Below are positions 22,558 through 33,900 of a stretch of 64,000 nucleotides of DNA, one piece after another. A program made the translations under genes and the position numbers. This DNA comes from Iphione sp. A-MEVVRFRX5. Taxonomy: Eukaryota. The notes beneath the pieces are model-generated. The model saw only the letters and a list, made by a program, of their open reading frames with translations. It was not told where the DNA came from and made no database searches. The stretch spans positions 36,084,001 to 36,148,000 of the forward strand of contig OZ320316.1 in the NCBI GenBank assembly GCA_976226885.1, read 5' to 3'. Numbering within the stretch: position 1 is the first letter of the stretch; each line of letters starts with the position of its first letter.

Positions 22558-24264
22558 TATGTGTAATGAAAGCATACATCAATGTTTAAGATACATCTAG
22601 AATACTGAACCCCACATAGATTGGTCAGTTCAGTTTTAACTTAGCATTTTTAAGATGAATGGCTGCCAGGTCCTCATTAAATATCGTAAAAGTATAGAAG
22701 GTTGGCTTGCATGTCACCTTTTTTACCATTTTCTCAGCATTGACCAACTTCACATCTATGCACTCTCCATGGTTTCACCAAACACACTATTGTTAGTGAG
22801 TTTCAAAAAGCCCTTTTAAAAGTCATTGCCAGCTTCTTTGTATTTCTCAGTATTAAAATCAACGTAGGATTTTAACCAAGGGCTTTGTTGAAAAGCCATT
22901 ATCTGATGAACGTTTTTAACACTAAACCCAATGACAAATATTGTTTGAGGTTTCTGTAGTGAACCACATATCTAGTGTCGGTAGGAGGTTTAGCAAAAGA
23001 TTTTTCACTGAGGCCCCTCTCATGAGTATGGCAGTAAGGAAATAGCATTGTCTGATCAATGACCAGTGACTCAAAGGCCAGTGGATAGTCAATGTGGGAG
23101 TCATGAAGGTGTCTACTCTCAGGGTATAGCCTCTTTTGCATCATTGGCAATACGGGTTACATCCACTGGGTCAGTTCAGTGGATGTCATGTATGGGTTAT
23201 GATTGTGACAAGGCCCACCCATACAAATTCCTTGTATCTAAGTAGGTAATGTAAGTGGTAGGTTTTGATGGGTTTTAATCAGCCAAATAAGGATTATTAT
23301 CTTTAGAATGCCTCTTGATGATGGAAAATATTCCACCACATAAGCCTTTCTCTATGAAGAGGTGCATGTCCAGATCAGTCAGTAATTCCAACTTCCGATC
23401 CATCATTTTGAGGTAGCCCTGCTAGACAAGAGTGGGAGGAGGGGTAAAAATGAGTTGGGTATAACTCATAATAATATAGGCACAAGTTTCTCAAGTTTTC
23501 AAAGACATCAGCACGTTGAAGAATATCAGAAAGCATGTAAAGATTATGGTATTCTTTTAAAGTCTTTAAGCCACAGGCTTTCTACGCATTCCGTTCATGG
23601 TCATAGTTTTTCCCTGAAATAGACTCCCCATTGAGTGAGTTTTCAAAGGCAGGGTTTCCCTAACTTCATAGGAGAGTCCACATAATCATAGGGATACACC
23701 GCGTTTCACTGGAGAGGAGGTAACTCAACTGATGGAAAGTTCCTTGCAAGATGTTAAAAATCTTCCTTTTTGAGATTACCTACTAATTTTTCGAGAGAAG
23801 TTGCAAGAAACTGAAAAGAATCAATAAAGTGCATGAACCCCATGGAAAAGGACAAATACTTCTCCATGTCATTAGGGGTGCAGTTGATCTTTTCATCAAC
23901 CTTTCCTATAGACTTCATGATCAAATGGGCATCATAACCATATAGGTTATGGAAAATGACTAAAATTCTATTGTGCAACTTGTAGTTGACATTGCAGTTA
24001 TTATGAGCTGCTGCACAGAGCTTACCAGTAATGTGATAGCAATGTCTGACTTTATCATCACCAAGAGTTTCGTGACAGATGTGGCAGTGAGTGGCTGCAT
24101 TAGAGGCTCTCTGTCCCTCTACTGATCACATTGAGGGGTTTGGGATTCTTGTAAATAAGATCAAGTTTTTCCTAATCTTTCAAGATGTATTGCATGAATT
24201 TGTCAGTTGCTTGCTTCCCATAAAAATAAAAGGCTTTTTGGATAGCTCCCCATTTAACCAACTA

Positions 24265-24441
24265 CAGTCAAATCCCTATTTGCAACCACCATTCTGTTCC
24301 AAGCCCGAATGGCTGCATTGGCAAATTTGGTTGCAAGTAGGATATCAAGTGTAAAGAAATCGACATTTTGTTTCCCACCTCGGGTGGTTTTAAATAGAGA
24401 AAGGTTGCAAACTGTTGTGGTTACAAATAGGATTTCGAATG
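24265..24441. mobile_element. Tc1/mariner-pogo-type MITE within pPolB
   Basis: TA|CAGTCAAATCCCTATTTGCAACCAC ... GTGGTTACAAATAGGATTTCGAATG|TA: imperfect TIRs with a TA duplication. Confidence 0.75.
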
Positions 24442-25559
24442 TATTTTAATTGCAAACCCAGATGGCACGTGATGGGTGACCTCTTGGGTGTATCATCTGG
24501 ATGGGTCATGGTTACAGTTATGTATCTTAGTAGAGAAACACTCAGAGTCCACATAGATCACGTAGGGCACCTTCAACTGTTTTGTCACATCGTTGTAATA
24601 TAACCATTTTTCTTGTTCTGTTGGGGCTTAAATCTTCTGAGGACCATGAATCTGACAATATGGGATATGGCATTCCAGGAAAGATTCCTTAGTGAATCCA
24701 GGCAGACAGTATGAGCAAAAGAAAGTACAAGCCTTATGTTTGTTTTGATCTGAGAGCAGTTGGCTTAAATCTTTGATCCAAGAACAGTACTGTTTTTTCC
24801 ATCAAAAAGCATCAGTAAATTGACATGTCTGGCAAATCCCTCTAATGTGATATGAATTAGGATAACTTCCCCCTTTTCAAAACAAAACACATTGACTGAA
24901 ACCTAGTTTGGCCTCTCAAAAATGTCTACACCATCTTTTTTGTCTTTCTGGAAATGTGCTTGCATAGACAAATACTAATTCACTGCACCTTGTTTCACTT
25001 CTTTTGTAAGCCATTTTACTATCTTGTTTTTATTCTCCTTCAAAAGATGATGGGATCTTTCTTTCCCCTTGCCTGTATAGTTGCTGTTTTCAGAGACAGT
25101 CTAAAAGCTGCTTCTTCAAAGAGGTTGTCACATTCTTGGTCTACAGCCATTCATTCCCTCACTCATGGGTTGTTATATATCTTCGGGTGATTTTAGAACA
25201 TCTTTGGTAGCAAAAAGTTTGGTGCATATGGGTAATGGATATGATTCAGGAATGATGCTAATGATGACTGCCCTGGACTGGCAGTTTCCTGGTGTTGTCA
25301 ATCCTGCCTGTCAGAAGTTTAATGGGAAAATATCATGTAAACTCCTACCTTTCTTGATGAACCTCTCCTACATTGGATGGCAAAATCTATCGCATAATTC
25401 CTCACTATATGTCATGCAATCAACTCTGCCAAACAGATGGCCACAAACCCTTGTGCTTTCAAGGTGTTGTGCAATCCTACCTGTTTTCAAGTTGGCCACT
25501 TTCCTATTGATGAAAGGTTTTGAATTATGAGCATTATGAGCACTCTGAATTAGGATAGA

Positions 25560-27330
25560 GACAAATGGCTTAAATATTCGAACAGAGGAGAACCTTAGTT
25601 TTCTGCAGATACAAAATCTGTTAAAATTAGACCAGTAGAAGTGGCTTTTCTGACCACTTTATTACACCCACTCTCAAACAATTAGACATTGATTATCTGT
25701 TCACTGCTTTCTGAATGGCGACTATGCTTGCCATTTTCAGACACTTAGATTAGAGGTAGAGAGTATATCAAATGGAAGAAGAGTCTCACGGTTTTTGTAG
25801 ATATAAGGTTTATGGAAATTGAACAATAAAAACTGATATTACAAATTTCTTTGCACACCAACCCTAGAACAAAATTTGATTATCCAGTTGTTGCATTCTG
25901 ATTGGCGATTATGCTTGCCGTCTTCTGACACTTAGAGTAGAGGTAGAGATATCAAATGAAAGAAGAGCCTCTCAATTTTCTGTAGATATAGAGTTTATGG
26001 AAATCAAACCATTAGAACTAATCATACAAATTTCTTTGTAAACCCACCCTAGAACAATAGCTCCTTGAACTAAGACAAGGCAGGGCTCTAGCTCAAGAGG
26101 ACTGAGAACAAGACTGATAAAGAAGGCATTTGCAAGAAGTCTTGCCTACAGAGGTATTGTGTGCTGGAATGCACTGCCAAATGACACTAAAAGCCTACCT
26201 AGGCTACCTTGGTTGGTCTTCAATAATGTCTGACCTGGTGAGTTTAGCTGCATACTGGGGGGGTGGGTGACTGACTGAGTCAACTGTCTGACTGTTACTG
26301 TCAGTCACAACCTGTGAGAATTGTTTGAATTTGGAAACTATGGCAGCTAATAAACCAATGATGTATTGTAGTATGTTTTTACATATTGTCTGCATGCTGT
26401 TGTATTCTAGGATATCCTAAAAACTCCTGCGAATCTGTCTGCACTCACAGCTTTTCGGTGGAAACATTGCTTGCACCCTGTTCATGTCTAACTTAAAAGT
26501 AGACCTAAGCTCAGCTAGGGACCGTGCAAACACCAAACTAACATGCAGTAACTGGTACTGTGTTTAATATACTTTGGCAACATCTATTTTATAAGGATGG
26601 AACCATATTGGCAGCCACTGGTTGGCATCTGAGATTACCTATTGACTGTGATAACATAATGTGCAGCTTTTCTCTTGTTTTTGACATGCTATCACTACAT
26701 GACTCTGAGGACTGCTATGTAGACAACATTTATTTGTACATTAAGGCTGTGTGATATTGTGGAAACCATGTACTGTTGATGACTCCACTCTCACCACCTA
26801 TGTTGGATGTATATGCTATCCTACATTATGCCAAACAATTGTCTTGTAAACTTAGTACTGACACACATGCAATTCAACTTTTGATCACTGTATTGACACT
26901 TTTCACCGAGTGCCTCTGCCACTTTGAGCATGCATAATGACTGATGTGATAACCTTGACAACCACAGCATCACTACTTGAATGCTGGTGTATGCTCTCTT
27001 ATTTTTGATGTTTTTCTTGCACCTTATCCATTATCCCTGCACAATTGTACCATGATAGCTCTGTTCAATGGAGAGGTTCAATAAACTTATTCTTATTTAA
27101 AAAAATATAGAGCAAAAAGAAAGGAATCTCTCATTTTTCTGAAGTTAATAAAGTTAATGGAAATCAGACAATCAGAACTGATCCTACACATTTCTTTGTA
27201 CACCCACCCTAGAAGAACATCAGATTATCCAGTCATCACTTTCCAATCGGCAAATCCACTCACTAATTGAGGATACTATTGTTGCTTCTACAAACTTGTA
27301 ACATACCTCAAAACAAAGAGAAAACCCTCA
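25560..27330 (+). repeat. Degenerate ~187-bp tandem repeat, split by a ~1-kb insertion
   Basis: atgcttgcc...cacttaga...tatcaaatg...ttctttg...ccctagaac recurs at 25724 and 25911; a further partial copy lies at about 27157-27250. Confidence 0.75.
26100..27110 (+). mobile_element. Possible decayed non-LTR retrotransposon 3' fragment
   Basis: Frameshifted MY-VDDSTL (YxDD-like) near 26770 and a 3' end with aataaa-cttattcttatt. Weak. Confidence 0.35.
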
Positions 27331-27893
27331 GCATTCTGTGGAACTACGAATCATTCAATTAGATTATTAGAATTGGCACAGTGGGAACATGTGTACAACT
27401 ATCTTCAAACCTCCTTCTTGGCTGAATGCTCGGACTGATATAATGTTTTTTAATGCAGATATCTACCTACCTGTGCTACTGGCCAAAGGGCAGCTCATGC
27501 TTTGGTCAAAGAGCAACTCGCACCATCTTATTTCACCCTCTCTAGTAACAGGGGACCCACCTTGTGTGCTACTTTCGACCCTTTTATCCATCGACAGTGT
27601 AACCTTTGTTTCCGGACACCCACACATACTGCATCATCCAAACTACAGACATAAAGACCCCAGGACAGGACAAAAACCCAAATTCATGTTTGATGTTCCC
27701 TGGTCATTACGGACACTCACCTATTCTGGACACCTTACGGACACTCACCTATTCTGGACAGCCTACTCTAGACACACATTTTTCAGTCCCAAACGAGGAA
27801 ATTCTAAGCCTGCAGACCTGCAACTACTGAGACTGTCCTTCTGCTACTGAGCCCCAGACGTTGGAAGCTAGGGTAAATCTTGAGTTTTACATC

Positions 27894-28100
27894 GTGAATT
27901 TGAGGAGTAAAACCCTGAGCTGTAGTGAATGTTAGAGGTAAAAATCTGATTTGTGGTGAGTTTAAGGAGAAAATCTTGAGTCACAGTTAATTTGAGGAGT
28001 ACAAACCTGTGTTGTAATGAATTTGAGGAGTAGAAATCCATTTTGCTGTGAATTTAAGGAAGGAATCCTCAGTCACCGCTAATTCGAGGAGTAAAAACTC
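27894..28100 (+). repeat. ~31-bp degenerate minisatellite, about 7 copies
   Basis: The unit gaatttgaggagtaaaa... recurs about every 31 bp; no ORF. Confidence 0.8.
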
Positions 28101-30879
28101 ATTTCATATTTTCTCAGTAGTTATAAACCTGGTTATGGAAAAGATGTACACATTTCCTAACATTCGCTAAAAGATCCACCCATTTACTAACAGATTTTGG
28201 CTCTTTTGCACACGCCTCACTCTGGACAGAATTTGATAAGTCCATATGATGTCTGGAAAAGTGAATTTCACCGTACAGTAGAACCCCATGACTGGGGAAA
28301 CCCTTGGTTCATGGGGAAAATGTCTCCATTTAGGGGATATCCCCAGTTTTGAATTCAACTGCATACCAAGGACAGGGAGATCCAGTAAAGGTATTGATTC
28401 TTATTACACAACTTCCCATACTGCATGAGTCCTTATGTAAGATGTTGTGGGAATAATTGTGGCATCCATTCCAGTGGTCAGCTTGACTACTGATAAAACA
28501 GTAAAACCTGTTTAAAACGTCCATACGTTAAGGAAATATATATATATATTTGTCTCAAGTTTGAAGTTTCATGTAGATAAGAATTATATATTATTTTACA
28601 AGATGAATATCAAAATAAAATTAGGCGGCAACATCTCAACAAACAAAGCACGTGCAGTTAATTTAAATTCTTCATCTCTAGAAGAAGCCAAAAATCATCA
28701 TCCATAAATATATCAGTGATACAGCACCGAACATCACATTGTGAACCATATGTTGGTTAATTGTGCATCCCTTTGTAATGGTTCGTGTTCTCGGAATCAT
28801 TGTCTGCAGGACAACGGAGATTGAAGAAAAAAAATAATGGTGTCATGAGCCATAATAAGATAAGGCCTGAGTCCCTGCCTATAGGATTTTGATGCAAAAT
28901 GAATGTACTGTCATCGCTGTCTTTATATTTCTCTCGGGGACGTTTCAGCTACTTCCAAATAGCTAATATATATGCTATATAAATAGTATATTTATATTAA
29001 TATATATTCTGTTGATTACTATGGATAATTGTTATAGCGCCCAGTTGCTATGATATATTGTTATGACGTATCCATTCCATCTCAACCGTATACGTTGTTA
29101 AAATTTTTAATTTATGTATTAAAGAGATTCATATATATCACTCCATTCCTGTGTTGTGTATCTATTCTAGTATATATAATAGCTAATATATAATAGCAAA
29201 ATAGCTAATAGCAAACTCTGTTTATTTCTGACATTTAGATTGCTGGCATTTACATGTTATTTGGAAAATATGTATGATTGGTAATCCGAATTACATGTGA
29301 AATAACCTCAAAATAGTTCACTGGTACATGTATTTATAAACACGAAATCCTTCAACTTCTCAACAGATCATGATCATAAATCATTAAATATAACAACATG
29401 TCCCTATTATGTAGTTATATAACACTAAACTGTATTCTTTTGAAGGACCCTCCTCCTAAACGTCCTTTTCTCAGAATCCTATGCACCGACAAAGAATAAA
29501 TTTTAAAGGCCGCCAGAGTGAGAATTTGATATGCAGGTGATCGTATGATATGGAATGGCTGATGGCCTCGAATTGAGTAAGTAAGTGAGCAGACGAGGTG
29601 CCCACTGAGCTGTGCTTTATTTAGCTGCCTTGAAATGGCAACCCTTTACATAGCGGCATCATGCACAATACTCTCTGAATTCACCATAATGTTTCCTTGG
29701 CAAAATGACATACTCTAAGAATATGTTATCTGGGAGAACAGTTATTCATCGGAACAATTCAATTAAGAACCCTTTACTATAGCAAATTTCCTCATAATTA
29801 CGAACGGAATGGGGTTTTCAGCTGGTAATTAAGTCTCTGTCAACACAGGTTGGATAAAGAAATATTTTATACGCTCAACCACGAAGGGTAATATTCTTGT
29901 AGAGATGACTACAGCCAAGTAATATTCACGTATTATTATGATTGCAATATTTCAGCAATTTGACCAAATAATCTGTATTAATAAATGCATCCATGCTGGA
30001 AGCTCCTCTCCAGACTGCGAAATGGCTGACGTTCTGTAGCAGCTGTCCGCAAATCCTATCTGGAGGGCTTGGGCAGCTGCCAGCGGAGTGTTAAAAACTG
30101 CCCGGTAGTTTTATCCTAACCTCGCCGGCTTGAGGTCCGACGGTAGCAGGTATAGTATGTCGTATGACATTGTTCTGGAATTCGTTATACTTAAAATAAC
30201 CGCATGTCTCGCCTACGTTATTCCTCATGACAAACAATGCTCATAGAAAATTGTCCAAAATATACCTAAGATTTGTCTGTTTCTTTTTATAAGAGCACCG
30301 TAGTAAGAAACCACATAGAAAACTATTTATCAGGAAAGTTGCTCATAATGACAGTTTTTGCACCCAGTCACAACAGTGCAAAAACTATCTTGCACTAACC
30401 CTACTATATTTGATAATAAATGTGCAAATTACTCCTTTTTTGTCATTTCACTTGATAAATGTTCTTTTATCTCTAGGACAAACTCTCTTTTAACCTTCGA
30501 TACATGGAACACTTGTACAACTCACACAAGAGTAAACACCTGGATTTGTGTAACATTTTCACATCAGTTAAGTATGTTTCACAAGGTCGTCAAAATTATT
30601 TACCTTAAAGTGTAATGAAATTTCATCGTACAAATTGCGTAATACCTGTACATCATATTCGCGTTATAGATTCTCCCTCTAAATGTTTTTCTTGTGCTAT
30701 ATTTTCGAGAGAGCACGCAATAGAATTTGTGATACCTGGGTGGAGGAGAATCGATTTCTCGCGTGACCCTCCAGTTAAGTGATAGATACTTTATACGAGC
30801 AATTATAGATATCTACGCTATCGGTAAAGTTTCCTATGGGAAAATCGTGCATAAGATTTCATACAGTGATCAAAGGGAG

Positions 30880-30887
30880 TATATAAG
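30880..30887 (+). promoter_or_regulatory. Probable TATA box of the astacin gene
   Basis: TATATAAG starts 56 bp upstream of the signal-peptide ATG. Confidence 0.55.
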
Positions 30888-30935
30888 GAGAAATACAACC
30901 AGGTGTATGGTACTTAGGGCGAGCGTGCTTCCAGT

Positions 30936-30965
30936 ATGATTCGTATAGCGGCCCTTTTTCTTCTG
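30936..30965 (+). CDS. Astacin exon 1 (MIRIAALFLL, signal peptide)
   Basis: ATG...CTG|gtgagt; hydrophobic and in frame with exon 2. Confidence 0.75.
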
Positions 30966-33900
30966 GTGAGTAGATTCACATCTCTTCACTGACATTTTTC
31001 CTAAGTAAACCTTCGTTTTTTTCAGTCACTAACGTGCGTTTGCTTCATCCAAAATGAACTTCCGCTAAGGCGACTACTCTGGAATGGGTATAACACTGGG
31101 GGCGGGGTACACTTTTCCGGACAAATTAAATATACTATTTAAGAAAGCCATGCAGGTCTGAGATCAATCCCTCAATGAGGGGGGAAATGGCTGGTCCCCC
31201 CTCGCTTATATTTGAAGGTTGTATGTCATTAAAATGGGCTAATTCCATATCTATTAGTGTGATTAAAAAATAGTTACTGGCACGTTGCATTGAAACTTTT
31301 GTCACAGGTGTCTGTCATATTACAGGTACATATAAAGTTTAAGCCAATTACAATTTTAAAAACCACGCTCTATCGTTTTATATTTGAGAGAGTGCAGACC
31401 AGACGTTAGAAAAGCTCCGTTCTGTATTGCAATATTCTATTGCATAGTTGTGTTTTACTGGGTGTTTTTCTTCTGACCTGGTCAGGTCCTAGCCCCGAAT
31501 GTGATTCCAGAGTACGTCGGTCCACCTAAAACAATAGATGAGACGATTCTAAAGACAGCCCTGAAAGGTAACGTCTGTTGACTAGACCTAGTACGTGTAC
31601 ATTTTATAAAACAATAGAATGCAAATATGAGAGGTCTTAACCCACAAAACGTAGCATTATCTTCACTTGGTACATCAGTTCAACATGGATGGCGTATGGA
31701 AATTATTTACATTTTCCGTGAAATATATGTCAGAAATTGTATCCTGCTTATCCTTTTCCAAACTCAGATGAAACTGCCGGAGTTAGAAGGACCTTTACTG
31801 ATGATGTGACCATCATAGAAGGTGACATCGTTGTAACCAAGGAGCAGTATAATGAATCACTAAGTGGGTGAGTTGGCGAACCAGGAGCTTCCTCATTTAG
31901 ACAATAGGAAGTGATCGTTTCTCCTTTAAAGACCACTAGCATTACCCAAAACCACATAGTTACTTTTGTAGCGTTCTCAGCAATTGCCAATTTTCAACCA
32001 GGTGACAATTCAAATCGTAAGTTTTGTTAAGAGTTTCTTTTTCACTAACAGTTGTGTCAAATTGTATATCTCTCATCCTGTCTCACTCATTCCCTCTTTC
32101 CCATGTTCCCCATCGTGTTATCCTGTTCTCCTCCTTTGTCTGCCTAATCTTCTTCTCTATCCCTTTTTTGAGGGGCGGAATAATTGGTTAACTAGAAAAA
32201 AATTCGCATGTAATCAGAAGCAAACCTGTTCTCGTTATTGCAGACACTTTATCACAACACTGCTCAATATTACTGGGACTATGCTTATCATATTATCACA
32301 CTGTAGGTACTACGTCATGACCCGAAATTTATCAAGCGATAAGTAAACGCAATATTCGTCTAATTGAGATCTCATTCTAAATAGTCGATTATCATTTTGT
32401 ATTCCCCTTCAATTAATAAATTTCAAGTAAAAAAGGACAGGACGTGAAATGCAGCTGTAACGTTTAGCATTACTTTAGAACGAAATGAGTAGTAATCCTC
32501 ATGTACTGATGTTGTCAATGTTTAATGTGTGATATCTCATTAAGTCATTATTGCATGCAGGGATGTTTTGATTTCTTCTTTCTCCAGAATTAGCCAACAT
32601 AAAGGACTGAGAAACGAGTACTATCGATGGACCGATAAGACCATTCCATACTACATTAACAACCATTTTAGTAAGAAAATTCACTACATGCATAACAGTA
32701 ACCGCCGTGAATGACATAGGCCTCACTATCAAATCTTTCGTAAACACTATAAGCGTTGTGGTGACGCATATCTCGATTGCTCTATATCAGTCACTATGAA
32801 CTTTCAAACATGTGTATAGTTAAGGCATTCCGGTTCTCATTTTACTGCTACTATACCTGTATCACTAAGCCATGTTGAGAGCAATGTCAAATGTTCCACA
32901 TGCCTCATGTTACCCAAGTTGATGATAGGGGCCACAATACAGGTATTAATGCAACATTGGTGCCCCGTATCGTCAACAGCAAGCAGTGAGAAGCAGGCCA
33001 TAATGAGAGGGATTGCCGAATGGGAGAAGTACACATGTATCCGTTTCACACCTTGGAATAACCACCGGAATTATGTCAACGTTGTCGATGGGGGAGGGTG
33101 AGTATTGGACAGCCATGAAAGATTGAAAGCGTAGCATTAACACGTTGTCAAAGCCATATTCATTCCATGATGCTGCGCAAAGTACACAGTAAAACATTTC
33201 CAAAAGGCAACTCTACTCTTGCTCTATGGAAGACCTGCCGTCAAAGAAGACAAAATTACACTCATGATGACACATCAAGAAAATGGAACTTACAAAGAAT
33301 GCAGGGAGAGAAACGTTCTTGGTGTGTCATAGAGAGTGATTGATTGATTGAAATAGATTTCTATTGAGCAAACATTGTCACAACTCAACTGTGTTTTTCA
33401 AGATGTCACTCAACCACTGCTACTAACTCCTTTATTATTAGTGGCTGATGACATTATAGCAATTGTTTTAGCTGCATCTTTATCTTATTTCTTGAATCCT
33501 CCTCACTTATCATCAATAGTAACGAGTTCCACAGCTTGGCACCTATATAGATAAAGCTAGATTGATAAACTTTCCTCCTTTGTCTCATCAGCTGCAATTG
33601 AATCCTGCCTCCTATCCTGGTGGATGTCCTCCTCCTAGTAGAAATGAACGATAACATGTACATATCAGTAATCAGCAAACAAGTTGAGTATTTGATTCTA
33701 TACTCAACGTCCTTAATAGCATTTCTTTCAAGCCATACCTTTACTTCTTCACCACTCCACCAGCCTATTAATAAGCAGTTGCGTACCGCATTATACCAGG
33801 CCCTGTACAGCTTATCCTTATCTCTAACTGATATTGTGTCTAGCAAGCACAATGCATAGTCAACGTGTGGGGCTAAAAAAGACAAGAACATTCTTTTTTG

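Larger units (their letters stand above)
21990..25180 (-). pseudogene. Protein-primed DNA polymerase B (pPolB) remnant with an embedded endonuclease VII-like Cys/His motif
   Basis: SVNVF, HVNLL, WIKDLSQLL, KQLKVPYVIY, CHICHETLGDDKVRHCYHITG...AHNNCN, FHNLYGYDAHLIM, FIDSFQF, YPYDY, DYPLAFE, YVVHYRNLKQYLSLG, TAKGMKKSIVK, LNKSSLSHYDEK. Many stops. Confidence 0.92.
19540..25600 (-). mobile_element. Decayed Polinton/Maverick segment (pPolB, Ala/Pro-rich ORF, small acidic ORF, integrase)
   Basis: Co-oriented, frameshifted remnants of a protein-primed PolB and a retroviral-type integrase. No TIRs, capsid, ATPase or protease recognised. Confidence 0.88.

Noticed and set aside
30907-30939. 10-codon uORF whose TGA overlaps the astacin ATG
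   Set aside because: Its ATG is only 27 nt from the TATA box, i.e. at or before the likely TSS, so it is probably not translated.
31981-32022. Candidate extra astacin micro-exon ending at a gtaagt donor (32017)
   Set aside because: No acceptor gives a stop-free phase 2-2 exon; exons 3 and 4 join directly.
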